Below, piece after piece: positions 24,711-37,461 of a DNA stretch of 64,000 nucleotides. How positions within the stretch are numbered: position 1 is the first letter of the stretch; each line of letters starts with the position of its first letter. A program made the translations under genes and the position numbers. The stretch covers positions 30,382,001-30,446,000 of the forward strand of contig NC_058383.1 in NCBI RefSeq assembly GCF_018350175.1. The letters are read 5' to 3'. The stretch comes from Felis catus. Taxonomy: Eukaryota. The notes under the pieces were generated by a model that was not told where the DNA came from, ran no database searches, and saw only the letters and a list, made by a program, of their open reading frames with translations.

Positions 24711-25768
24711 TGGCGATGATGTCAATGGACAAATTTAACAGGATTATTCATTTAACAATGATGTGTGTGAATACAAACTTGCATCTGTGATCACGGGGAC
24801 ATTCTGACAGGGTGAGGCAAAGGGATTGGATTTGGAAAGGTCAGAGAAAGTTCTCGAAGAACAGAGGAAGTTCCACTATCTGAGTGGAAACTTAAAGGCC
24901 AAGTCCAACTCGGGTTGGACTAGAGAGAACAGTGAGTCAGAAAGCGAGCACAAAGCAGTACGTACAAAGGCCCTGTGGCCAGAGGGCACATGGACGTTTC
25001 CAAGCACTAAAAGGAGGTCGGTGTAAATGGAATGCAGAAAGTGAAGGGGACATAGGTTGAAAGGGGGCTGGAGGTGCAGGCAGAGGCCAGAGAGAGGCAG
25101 GCATGTTGAAGATTTCCCTCTAATGTAAGCATGCCTCTGCCTGGAGGCAAGTCTAAACCCTCCCCACATGGGGCAATTTATTCTTTGCCATTTCATCAGC
25201 CATCTCCAGAGGAGTTTCACAAACCCCCTTAGCAAAATCCTACTGTTGCCCTGAAAATAAGTCAAATTTGTCAGCTATTTTTAAAAGGAGGTTATGATGG
25301 AAAGTTAAAGGCATTCTCCTTGATTCGCCAATAAGAATTGCTGTGGCTGTGTGTGTAGTCAAATGACTTACAAGGCTCCTTGGCTCCCAGAAATATCGGG
25401 GAGTTTAAAATAGAACAGTCATCATTTGCTGCTGAGGAAACTTCAGTGTTACACAAAAAGGCAGAAGAAGAAAGAGAGTAACGTTAGCCAAGGCCAAGTG
25501 TGCATGGGGGAGGGGGCCGAGCCGGCGATGGGCTCCACCCTGGTATTTCTAATTCCACCCCCACGCCCCGCTGTAAAGCTAAAGATCTTTAGTACCCCGA
25601 CTTTTTACAGATGACTGAACTAAGTCTCCTTTGATGGTTTGAGGCCAGTGTCTCAAGCAAAGCCTGGATCTATTGTGGGCCTGCTACCCTTGATTAACGG
25701 TCAAGGTGAGGAAGAAAGACAAAGCGATGGTCAAAGGGCTAGCCATAGGTTAGCTGGTCCCCGCTCAT

Positions 25769-26110
25769 CAGAGTGACCTACCTTGCCAGTTTGCCTAGGA
25801 CTCTCCCAGTTTTTAAAAGTTTTTTTTTTCAACGTTTTTTATTTATTTTTGGGACAGAGAGAGACAGAGCATGAACGGGGCAGGGGCAGAGAGAGAGGGA
25901 GACACAGAATCGGAAACAGGCTCCAGGCTCCGAGCCATCAGCCCAGAGCCCGACGCGGGGCTCGAACTCACGGACCGCGAGATGGTGACCTGGCTGAAGT
26001 CGGACGCTTAACCGACTGCGCCACCCAGGAGCCCCAGGACTCTCCCAGTTTTTAACAGTGAAAGGCCTGCCAGGAAACCCCCTAGTCCCAGGCCAAGCGG
26101 CGCAGCTCCC
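25769..26110. mobile_element. MER81-like hAT-Blackjack element split by a SINE
   Basis: cagagtgacc..ccagtttgcctaggactctcccagtttt [SINE] aacagtgaaag..ccaggaaacccc..gtcccaggc. Confidence 0.6.
25817..26035 (-). mobile_element. Young SINEC_Fc
   Basis: CpG-rich antisense copy; perfect 20-bp TSD aggactctcccagtttttaa (25797-25816, 26036-26055). Confidence 0.97.
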
Positions 26111-26309
26111 GGGGTACCGGAGCCCCCTGAGCAAATTCCGGATTGAGTAAGGAGGCACCTTGTTTCGTGGCAAGGCTGCTCACACCCGAAGCCCCCATAA
26201 ACTTACAATAAATAAGAACGTGTGAGCCTAAGGGAATTGAAGAGCTGAGGCCACGTTTTCCAAACCCAAGGATGGAGTCATCTACTCCGTGATCTGAGGA
26301 CTGTTGAAC

Positions 26310-27050
26310 TCGCATTAAGTGCCCGACATGGTTCTACGTGCGAGGAACACGCAGACATCATTTCTGCCCTTGCAGACATTGTATTCTAATGGGAAAGATG
26401 TAAAATTAAGCCAAAGTACTTCTGACTGACGTGGGCTTTGACAAGTACGCGATGTAGAAGGCACAGACTAGGGGGGAAAGGGCGGGGACCTCTCTGGCTG
26501 GAATGGTCACAAGCACCTCTTGGGGAGGGGACACGGACCTGAGATCTGGACCGAGAAGCCGCGTCCAGCATCTGGAGGCAGAGCGTTCCAGACAAGCGCA
26601 AATGTGCCGTCACTGAGGCAGACAGGAGCGTGGCTGGCAGGTGTCAGGTGCACGGGGAAAGGTTCGGATCGCTGAGCTCAGGGAGGAGAGGGACCAAGAA
26701 AGGTGAGTTCAGAGGGGGAGCTCATGCGGAAGGGTGCAGAGTTTAAGCCCGGCGGATGAGAAACCTGTGGACGGGTGCCAGGGTGAAACGACACAATCCG
26801 ATTTACCGTTTTAAAACAAACACTTGGACGGCAGATGGAAAATGGATCTCAAGAGGCCAGCGAGGCAGCAAGCAGGCCTGTTTAGCACGGGTGACAGGTG
26901 GTGGAGACTCGGGCCAGGGTCGAGGCATTGGGACAGAGGAAGTGATCTGGTGTATACCAGGTAAGGCAGACAGGACGCCAGCCCAGGGGAAGGGTGGGAG
27001 ACAGGGAGGAGAGACGGAAGGGAGTCCTAAAGGATTTCCTCGTGTCTAAC
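26310..27050 (-). mobile_element. L2 fragment
   Basis: cattaagtgcc...tctgcccttgcagac..ttctaatggga...gagcgttccagac..gcaaatgtgcc..tgaggcag...gtgaaacgac..atccgattta. Confidence 0.6.
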
Positions 27051-27967
27051 AACCACATCAAGCCACGCCCTAAAATTGTGAGCCTCAGTTTCCCCAGCCG
27101 TAAGCGAGAACAGCCAGGCCCACATTGACTGTTGCTGGGAGGACCAAATACGTGCCCCGCGCAGGGCACAGCCCAGGTAGCATTAAAAAAAAAAAAAAAA
27201 AGTTTTCCATTAGTGTCTTGCAGGTTTGGTTAAAGAAATTTAACTTAATCCAGGAAAACACAAGTGACTCTCCAGCAACTTGGAGCCATAAGGCCTTCGC
27301 AGCTCGGTGAACTCATCTGAATAGGGTTTGGGCACAGACTCCGCCAGTCAGTTGTACTCTCGCCACAGTGGGTTCAAGACTCCATAATTTCTGTGCGACT
27401 GGCAGCTCTGAGTATTTAAAAGATGGGGTTGATTCACTCCTCATCCACAGCAGTGGGGCAACGGAGGAAGCTCTCCAGATAAGGCTGTTTGTGGAGCTCT
27501 CAGAAGACAGAGCCCAATGATGCAGCTCCCTGGTCTTATTTCTTCGCTCTCCCACGCATAACCCTTAATCATCCTTAAACCCAAACAGTTCAGGTGACAT
27601 GTTCCCCAAGAGTTATCAGAAAAACGAGCTTATTTCCAAAGCCCAGAAGCCTATTCAGGAAAAGGGGGGAAGATCTCTAAATCACTAATGGGAGCATAAA
27701 GCCTTTTGGCAATCAGGTTCTAACTTGGACTTTCACACAATATTGCTTTTCTTTTCTCTTTTCTTTTCTTTTCTTTTCTTGGTGTGTTATTTTTCTAATG
27801 GCTGGAGCTTTCTAGCATCTGTGGGTAAGCTAAGTTTGGTCCTTCCTCAAGGGTTTAAGGGTTGCAATGAGGAGTATTTAAAGTCTAAAAATGCCTTAAA
27901 AACACAAACACTATATGGGGGCATGACTGAGGGCACAATGGACTCTAATTCAAAGTGGTACTCCCTC

Positions 27968-29211
27968 AGAACTGGACAGCAACATGCAGAAGAATGAAAC
28001 TAGACCACTTTCTTACACCATTCACAAAAATAAACTCAAAATGGATGAAGGACGTGAATGTGAGACAGGAAACCATCAAAACCCTAGAGGAGAAAGCAGG
28101 GAAAAACGTCTCTGACCTCAGCCACAGCATTTTCTTACTTGACACATCTCCAAAGGCAAGGGAATTAAAAGCAAAAATGAACTACTGGGACCTCATCAAG
28201 ATAAAAAGCTTCGGCAATGCAAAGAAAACAATCTAAACAAAACTAAAAGGCAACCGACGGAATGGATAAAAATATTTGCAAATGACGTATAAGATAAAGG
28301 GTTAGTATCCAAGATCTATGAAGAACTCACCAAACTTAACACCTGAAAAACAAATAATCTAGTGAAGAAATGGACAGAAGACATGAATAGACACTTCTCC
28401 AAAGAAGACATCCAGATGGCCAACAGATACATGAAACAATGCTCAACGTCATTCCTCATCAGGGATCTACAAATCAAAACCACACTGAGATACCTCCTCA
28501 CGCTGGTCAGAGTGGCTAAAATGAATAAATCAGGAGACTACAGATGCTGGAGAGGATGTGAAGAAACGGGAACCCTCTTGCACTGTTGGTGGGAATGCAA
28601 ACTGGTGCAGCCGCTCTGGAAAACAGTGTGGAGGTTCCCCAAAAAATTAAAAATAGACCTATCCTATGACCCAGGAATAGCACTGCTAGGAATTTACCCA
28701 AGGGATACAGGAGTGCCGATGCAGAGGGGCACTTGTGCCCCAATGCTTACAGCAGCGCTTTCAACAATAGCTGAATTATGGAAAGAGCCTAAATGTCCAT
28801 CAACTGACGAATGGATACAGAAGATGTGGTTTATATACACAATGGAATACTACGTGGCAATGAGAAAGAATGAAATCTGGCCCCTTGTAGCAATGTGGAT
28901 GGAACTAGAGGGTATTATGCTAAGTGAAATAAGTCAGGCAGAGAAAGATACCATATGTTTTCACTCCCATGTGGATCTGGAGAAACTTAACAGAAGACTC
29001 TGGGGGAGGGGAAAGGGGAAAAAGGTTACAGAGAGGGAAGGAGGCAAACCATAAGAGACTCTTAACTACTGAAAATAAACTGAGGGTTGATGGGGGGTGG
29101 GAGGGAGGGGAGGGTGGGTGATGGGTATTGAGGAGGGCACCTGTTGGGATGAGCACTGGGTGTTGTATGGAAACCAATTTGACAATAAATTATAATTAAT
29201 AATAAAAAAAC
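27968..29211 (+). mobile_element. 5'-truncated felid/carnivore L1 (ORF2 C-terminus + 3' UTR)
   Basis: Translates to [17 protein letters not shown]... and [27 protein letters not shown]...; G-rich 3' UTR, aataaa, A tail; imperfect TSD caaagtggtac(tc/gt)cctc at 27951-27967 and 29212-29228. Confidence 0.96.
28362..29054 (+). pseudogene. L1 ORF2 C-terminal remnant (cysteine-rich CCHC-type domain), non-functional
   Basis: 230-aa ORF is L1 ORF2; upstream frame broken (stops near 28234 and 28344); terminal frameshift runs into the UTR; no endonuclease or RT domain. Confidence 0.9.
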
Positions 29212-29322
29212 CAAAGTGGTACGTCCTCTGGAAATATGGACTGCTTCCAACATTCACTGTTACTTGCTCACTTGTTTATCTAAACCATGTGGCCCCAGGT
29301 ATGCAAAAATGCTGCTCAAGCT

Positions 29323-29440
29323 GGGAGGAGGAGGAGGAGGAGGAGGAGGAAGAGGAAGAGAGGCAGTAGAGTTGGGAGGAGAAACAGGGAAAGAAGAAGA
29401 AGAATGAGAAGAAGAAAAAAAGAAAACAAAAACAAAAACA
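29323..29440. repeat. (GGA)n/(GAA)n purine-rich low-complexity tract
   Basis: Direct. Confidence 0.9.
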
Positions 29441-29583
29441 GAACGTAGGTAAGAAGATGGGTAGTAAAAACCAATGGCAGAGAGGGAACATGAATTCCAA
29501 ACCCCAAACCAGCTGTAGCTGATGTGTACTGGGTACATACTCTGTGCTAATCTTGTTTGGAAGCCTAGTCTCATGGGATCATT

Positions 29584-29786
29584 TTTTTACGTTTATTTAT
29601 TTTTGAGAGAGAGAGGCAGAGCTTGAGCTGGGAAGGAGCAGAGAGAGAGGGAGACACAGAATCCGAAGCAGGCTCCAGGCTCTGAGCTGTCAGCACAGGG
29701 CCCGACGCAGGGCTCAAACTCACTCTGTGAGATCATGACGTGAGCTAAAGTCAGGTGCTTAATCAACTAAGCCACTCCGGTGCCCC
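29584..29786 (-). mobile_element. CAN-SINE inside a MIR
   Basis: TSD catgggatcatt (29572-29583, 29789-29800). Confidence 0.95.
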
Positions 29787-31149
29787 ACCATGGGATCATT
29801 ATTAACCTCATTTTCAGAGGATAAAACTGAGACCCAAAGTCACCCAGCGAAGGAGTGGTAAAACAGAAGCACACAAAGTTACCCCGCTTCCATACACAGA
29901 TATTTACTCGTGGCAAAATATTTGGGGTTTTCCTGGTGCACCCTTCTTGATGAATCTTTAGGAGATGGGATGTCCCACGAAAAGAGCTTAAGCCTATTCT
30001 GTTGCTCGTTTGTTAAGGGACTAAGGCAAGACAGGAAAAACTTTAACATTTTGTTATATACCGATGTATCTAGAACTCTTTCCATATCCCTCTCCCGATC
30101 ACATTATCATATTATTCATACAATTTGGTAACCATGCTTTTTATAAATTTACCAAAGACATCCTAGACACCCTTCCATGCCAATACTTATTCTACATCCC
30201 CATGATGTGATGTCATAATACTTCGCTTATGTAACATCCCCTTTTATGGGCATTGTTTGACACCTCCACGCGATTTTCTTCGGATAAATTCCTAGAAGTC
30301 GTTTCTCCTTTTGAGGAGATGTATAGCCCTCTGTCCTCAAAACCTTGAATAGACACGTGTAGAGGCACATGAGAAAACAAACATCAAGGGGAAAAAAAGT
30401 ATCAGCAGTGGGGTTCCGGGTGCGGAACCACCCACAGACAGGGAGAGGCGGACCCCCATACCATCACCTCTCCGATTTGAGCATTTCACGAGGGCAGAAT
30501 CATCTGAAAGCATGAGCTGAGTTGGGGGCGGCAGGGCGAAGCCAGGACACTTTGACCTCACCGGGAGGAAAGCAGCAGAAGAAATGAGAACTTTTCCTTT
30601 GTGTAATTCTCCCCTCTTGACAGGGAAGATTTAAGGCACACAGAGAGAAGAAATCTGTGCTGTCCATAGCTGCTCATTTTAGTTACAACAACACGGGCTG
30701 GTCTCTGATCTCCAGCTCCCTCGCCACTATCAATGATCCCGCGGGGGGAAAACAACACAGAGGACACACTTTCCTCCCCAGAGGGTAAGGAACAAAACCG
30801 CACTTGGTCATTTCTCCATGAATCCTCATTTCAAACCTGGAGCAAAGGAAGTGATTACCTACCAAGAGCTGACTGCCCACGGAGCACAGGGCAGGGCCCT
30901 TCACAAGAAATCGTAAAAGGAATCTTGGGTCATCTGGTCAACCAGCTTATTTTGCAGACGCGGACGCTGGATTTGGAAATGTTCCTCAACTCACCAGAAA
31001 TGACATAACTGTTAAGGAACAGAACCACCCCAGGGCCCAGGTATGCTAACTTCTAACAGAGAGCACTTTGGGACCATTCATCAGTGTTGTTTTCTTCCCC
31101 GAAGCCATGAAATACCTCCATGAGTCCTGACACCTATCTGGAAAAATAC

Positions 31150-31168
31150 CAAGCAAGCCTGAAAACTC

Positions 31169-31222
<54 letters not shown>

Positions 31223-31226
31223 CACA

Positions 31227-31257
<31 letters not shown>
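31150..31257. repeat. Compound (CA)n-(CT)n microsatellite
   Basis: Direct. Confidence 0.97.
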
Positions 31258-34200
31258 ACCAAAATTAGAATGGCTGCTCAAAGCTCTGGATTTGCCAATA
31301 ATTCCTGGATGTGCCTTGAAGGGCCAGGAGCAAAAAGTAGATTTAAGGTTACTTTCCCTTGTTAGACATTCCAGCACCTCACACACTGGACCAGAAACGT
31401 TGGCTCAAAGGATTTAATGAATTGAATGACATAATCAATCAATAAATAATAGGAGAAATGAAATATTAAATGAGCGAATGTATCTAATTGAATAGTTAAT
31501 TCATGACTGAATCATCTACTCAGTGAAACCCACGTATACTCGACAAGCAGGTCCCATGCCTTCTAACGACTATGGAGTTCTCTTAAAGTCCAAAGCTGAC
31601 CTTACAATCCAGCTTCCTTTCTAGACTCCTAGATGCACAAAGTGCTTCTTAAAAATGCTGTGGGTCCATAAGCCATGTTCAGTGGCTCAAAAGACTTCTG
31701 AGAAATTGCACCTTCAAGACCGGCCTGGATTTGCTTTGGGTTCCGTGAATGCTTGCCCTCCTTACCACGCTGATAAGAAGTCTTGAGGACCCCACCAGAT
31801 TTTGAGTTTGACAAAATGAAACATCAGAGAAGTGACTAGTTTACTTCCTCAACACCAGTTGTGTGAGAGATGCCATTTATCATAACAACAGAGTTGACGT
31901 GGGAAAACAAGTAACAAATGAGTTGTTTGGTATGCAAATTTTGGAGACTGCAACCTCAAAGCGGAGCCTTCCGAATCCATCTCAAGAAATTCCTGGGGCG
32001 GGGGCGGGGGTGGGGGGGTGTCTCCTGGGGCAGTATCCTTTCAGAAAGCCTCAACAGCTTTCTGTTGATCAGCTCAGCTAACAATTAAGTCGGAATGCCA
32101 GGCATTAAAAATGAACCAGCCTTGGGGTTTGCTGGACAGGATCTGAATCCCACTTGTGAACAGGGTAAACCTGAGTACACTTGGCTTCTCCGAGTCTCCA
32201 CGTCACTTTTACAGGAAGGAACATACATTAACAGCCATGACCTCACAGGGCGGCGGTGATGATCCAATGAGATGATGCATCTTAAGCCCGTAACATACGG
32301 TCTGGGACACGGTAATTGCTCGTCATGCTTTAGCGACCTTATTATTAAATATCATCAGTGGTATTAAGCCCATAGGGTGGTGAGAGTCTCAAGTGAGATA
32401 AAAGCCACAAAGAATCTAACATAGATTCTGGCACTCGGGAGCAACTTGATATATGTTTATTTCTTGTCACTTTTTCCAGATGGCCCTACTGGGGGTTTTC
32501 TGAATGTATTCTCTTTCCGAAGGGCAGAACCATTACGTGGTAAACACCCAGCCCCCCCTCCAGAAAGCCACTATCAGAAAGCCAATTCCTACGCCCTGGG
32601 CAAACTCCTCTCCGCTGCCTAAGAAAGTTTGTTTAAAATAAGAACTGCCAATCTGCCACGGTCTGGGGCTGGAGGGGTGCCAGCATCGGAAGCCACAGCT
32701 GGAGGCCCTGGCCCTGTCCCCAAAGGCTCCGAGAAAGGTTTCTGATTTTCCCCAGGATGGGTGAGGCACCATGGGCTGGTGGTCTGATTAACGGAGGGAC
32801 AGGCAGCCTGAGGGTCGTGAGCAGGGAGTGAGCTGGCTGGCTCCCTTCTCGCGGGGTGAGCAGGAAGGGCGGAAAGGGACGCATTAACGCTCTGGGGGAA
32901 CTGCCAGAAAGGAACCCTTGAAACGTGGGTGTCAGGGGCGGAGCTGAAGAGTTAGGAGTGGGGCAGACCTGGGGCATGAATACACTTCCAGCCTTCCTGT
33001 TTGCCCGTCCTAGAAAATAGCAAACCAGGTCCCCTGAAGAGAGACCCGCACTCCCGCGCATCATCTTCGATGTGAGCGCCTTTAGTCAGGTCTCTTTCCT
33101 GTGGCCAGCACCAGGCAGAGCGCTGAGGCGGGGAGGGACTGGGGCGGGGGGAGGCGGAACACAGACCAGGAGCGGCTGCTCCAGGTGAGAGCTTCCAGGA
33201 AGACATCCCAGGAGAAATGGCGTTACAACCGAAGCTTGAAGGATGAGGGGAAACTAGCCAGGTGGAGTAGAGGGAGCGTGCTTTAGGCGGAGGAAACCAA
33301 GCTATCAGATACCTGGGAGGTGAACAGGAGACTCAGGTAAGGAGTTTAACTTCCCTAGTTAGAACAATGGGGAGCCACGGAGGACTTGAGGCAGGAGGAA
33401 GCCCCATCAAACTTATGAACATGCCCCGGCTGCTTTACAGTGAATACTCGTTCTCTCAAAAACTTGCTGTGTGTTTAGGGGTCATTTACACCTTCTCTGA
33501 GCTCTATCTCCTGGAAGATGAGACAAGAGAGCTGATAGTAGAGATCAGGGCAGGAATGCATCCTGGCTCCCCCAGCGGCAGGCCCAGGAAATCCTCTGTG
33601 TCACGGCAGTCCCTGCCCTCCCCCCCCCCCCCCCAAAGGACCTGGGAACCCTGCTCTCTGGGAGCCTGGATCCCGTATCCAGAATGTCTCTCACATTTAG
33701 AAGCAGCTCAAAAATCCTGTGTCGGCCCAGACAGGACTTGAATTGAGGTTCAAGGAAAAAACAGCCTCCCTCACTAAGGTCTCTTCTGCACAGATAGGCT
33801 GTGACGCGACATTCATCTCGCACACACAGAATACACAGGCACGGAGGGAAACTTGCCTCTCCCCAGGAAAGGGGCTGGAGGAGGGGAGCAGATGAGATTA
33901 TCTGTCTAGCATCAGCGTCACCTCCAGACCACAGCTTCTTGGTGATGGTCTGATTAATATGCTGTTGCATTTGGAGAAAATTAATGGGCTCTGATGGTTA
34001 TTTGGAGCCTGCCTTCTCAATTCCGCTGTGAGAGAGTTACGGATTTAAACAAACATTGACATATAATAAATCTGTGCTCAGCACACTGGACGGAAGGTCT
34101 GACTTAATAGGCCTGACCGTCTTGAAATTTGGATTGAATTCATAACGGTGACATGGCCCGGCTTATCAGCAAGGACAAGCCGCAGCCGGGGAAATGACAA

Positions 34201-35087
34201 AAACCTTCCTTTCCCAGCCCCTTGTGGCCTCTTCCATTGGGGCAGCCACACAAGATCTCTCCGGCCACTCTATCCCATTTTCCGGCTTTATTTTCTTCCC
34301 AGGACTTATCTGGGCATGAAATTATCTGGTGTATGTCTTTGCTTATGGGCTCATCACCAGTACACTGAAACTCCCCAGGAGATTTACCGATCCCAGCATT
34401 TTCAAGGAAGCCAGGCACATAGTAGATGTTCAATAAGTATTTCTTGAGTTTGTAAGTGAATGAACACATTTCATTACTTCTGCCATATCCATGGACTATC
34501 TTGTGTTACTTAAACCAAGACAGGGCATCATGATTAGTGGTGTGGGCTCTAGAGGCAGAATTCCAGCGGAAATCCTTGCTCTGTCATTAACATTGTAACC
34601 CTGGACAAACCACTTATCTGTCCACACCTGTAAAATGGTTTTCTAACACCCACCTCATAGTAAGCAATCAATGAGATGATACAGGTAAGACACTTAGAAT
34701 AATACCCAGTAAGGAATCAAAGTTACCCGTGAAAAACTTACACGTTTTTTACACTGACTCACACTTTTGCCTTAAAAACACTTTAAAACCTTCAATTACT
34801 CCCACTAAAAAGAACAAACACATTGAATCTCTCGAAGAAGCTTGTAACGTGGGTACTACTGATATCGGGTCTTACAGATCAGGAAACTGAGGCACAAGGA
34901 ATCGGCACAAGGTCACGGGGCTAGGAACTGCAGGGAAGGGATTCAAACAGGAAACAGGGTCCTGGAAGCTACGTGTTTAACTGCCGCACTGGGCAGCCTT
35001 GTGAAATACTCACGTGGCTTTTCAAGGAGAGACTGTAAGTGTCAACGTAAATGTTAACTTTATTTGCCTTTCTACAATGGAAGAAAA

Positions 35088-35329
35088 TTTAATTTTTATT
35101 GCTGATGTATAGGTGACATACAACCTGAGGCTAGTTTCAGGCGTACAAAAAAGTGACTCAGTGTGATACGCCACACAGTGCTCACCTTGATAGGTGTGGT
35201 CATTATCTGCCATGAGTGCAGTATTACGGACTATATTCCCTGTGCTATACTTTTCATCTCTGTGACTTATCTGTTTTATAACTGGATGCCTGTGCCCCTT
35301 CATCCCCTATACCTATTTCACCCCACCCC
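35088..35329 (-). mobile_element. L1 3' end fragment (L1MA9/carnivore-type)
   Basis: tttaatttttattg..tataggtgacatacaac..tagtttcagg...gactatattccctgtgctatacttttcatctctgtgactta..ttttataactgg. Confidence 0.8.
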
Positions 35330-35554
35330 GAAGGAAAATTGTAAACATGTCAAAAAAGCGGACAGAGTACTTAAGAAAGGTGGGATTCAATGTTCGTGGA
35401 GCCTGTTGGGCCAGTGAGGAGGAGGAGAGATGTCATTTGGGGTCCTTTCGGAAACTAAGTAAAGCACCTCAAAGTCCAGCTCTGGAATCACAAAGTGACC
35501 ACAAAAGCCCCCACAAAAGGAAGTGCTTAACTAACGACCAGACCTGTTTCTCTT

Positions 35555-36215
35555 TCCCCCAGGCCCACAGCTAGACATTTCTCAGGCTCCCCCTTGCAGC
35601 TGGATGTAACCATGTGATTGAGTTCTGGCCAAAAGACTATGCACAGAACTGACATGCCTACTTCCAGGTCGAGCCCATTAAAAACTCCCAGGGGATCCTT
35701 CCCTCCTGGGTCCACAGCATTCCCTGCTGTTTACTGGCTAAAAATGATACCTAGACCAACCCTGAAAGCCATATGATAAAGGGGGGGACCTTTGGGGCGC
35801 CTGGGTGGCTCAGGAGGTTAAGCGTCTGATTCTTGCTTTGGGCTCAGGTCATGATCTCGCGGTTTTGCGAGTTCGAGCCCCACGTCGCGCTCTGCGCTGA
35901 CAGTGTGGAGCCTGCTTGGGATTCTCTGTCTCCCTCTCTCTGTCTCTCTGCCCCTACTTCGCTTGCACTGTCTCTCCCTCTCAAAATAAATAAATACACT
36001 TTAAAAAAATAAATAAAGCGGGACCTTCCTCCATCATCCCGGGTCCCTGAGGGACTGCATGAGGCAGCGCATGCTATTGCCATCTCCAGTCCCCAAATGC
36101 TGTCCAGAAATATACAATCGGACTTCCTGTGACTGCACAATACATTTGTTGCATTAAAGCCGCTGAGATGCTGGAGTTTATCTGTTCCGGAAGCTAGCAT
36201 TACTTTAACCAACAT
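35555..36215 (+). mobile_element. MLT1 (G/H-like) LTR split by a SINE
   Basis: ccttgcagctggatgtaaccatgtgattgagttctggccaa...aagccgctgagat..ggagtttatctgtt..gctagcatta. Confidence 0.7.
35794..36012 (+). mobile_element. CAN-SINE nested in MLT1
   Basis: ggggcgcctgggtggctcag head; imperfect TSD ataaag..gggacctt. Confidence 0.95.
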
Positions 36216-37239
36216 CCTCCTTGAGTTAGTTCGTTCCGCAAAGAGTCAACTCTGTCCCAGGGATGCTTCTAGGCATCGGGGACACAGCAACGGACAAGGA
36301 AAAGGGCCCTGCTGTTACGCAACTTTAGTAAAGGGAGATACATTGCAAATAAGCACAAAACAGCATTTTAGATTGCAAAAGGAGCTGTACTGGAAATAAA
36401 ACAAGATGACATGAAGAGAGGAATAGGGAGCAGGGCACTGACCCTGAATCAGGGAGTCACTTGCCTCCACTTTTCTTCTGAAACAAAACAAAACAAAAAA
36501 GTCTGTTTCAGTATCTAGCATTCTACACAGTAGAGGACCAGAGAGCTGTCAAAGAAAGGGGCCGCCGTTGACCCCCTTCATCAAAAAACTGGACATCTGG
36601 CTCAGTGGACATCTAGCCGAACGATCTGAGCTTGGGAAGAGTTTGACGAGAACAGGGGAAGCATTTGCTCTGACCCTGATCAAACGCTTGCAAAAAGTGC
36701 CTGTTCTGCTATAAATTGCTATTGTATTTCTCACAAAAGACAGTCAAAGCAAATCCGCTTTGACTTCATTAATCCTATAGATCAGTCCCCAAAGGAACAA
36801 ATTCTGCCAGTGAGCCAAAGGCAATCACGAGCATGGTGCTAGAACTTTGCCGAGCAGCAAGGAAGAAGCCTCTTCTAGATAGTAGTGAACATGAACGCAC
36901 AGTTATAGGGTGAGGTGGGAACTGGTCCAAGACTTCCAGTTTTCCTTATGGGCTGCATTCCGGCAGACCTTCTACCCAGATCACAGAAGAGCTTGGAACT
37001 CATACCAGTTATTAAAATACAGAAACACATCCATATTTGTTGGTACTAGCACTGCCCTGGGAACCCAAAATATCCGCTGGATCATCCAAATGCTACACAA
37101 CCCCCTCAACCTCCCCTAAATCTCCTTCCAATCCAGAAACCAAAAAGGCAAGCCAGGCATTTGGTGAAAGGTTGAGGGGGACCTACAAGATTTTGTCGAC
37201 AGGATGGTGCTTATGTCATAACATTTGTTAAATATTCTT

Positions 37240-37461
37240 TTTTTTAATGTTTATTTATTTTTGAGAGAGAGAGAGAGAGGGAGTGTGTGAGTGGGAGAGG
37301 GGCAGAGAGAGAGAGAGAGAGGGAGACACAGAATCTGAAGCAGGCTCCAGGCTCTAAGCTCTCAGCACAGAGCCCAATGCGGGGCTTGAGCTCACAAACC
37401 TGCGAGATCATGACCTGAGCTGAAGTCGGACGCTTAACCGACTGAGCCACCCAGGAACCCC
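37240..37461 (-). mobile_element. CAN-SINE
   Basis: TSD taaa(t/c)attctt (37229-37239, 37462-37472). Confidence 0.96.

Noticed and set aside
28362..29054. Longest ORF (230 aa) as a host gene
   Set aside because: It is the C-terminal part of L1 ORF2 inside a 5'-truncated, frameshifted L1 with a TSD.
31410..31520. AT-rich TAAT/TGAA cluster as an enhancer
   Set aside because: It follows an L2-like 3' end and looks like a decayed (TGAA)n L2 tail.
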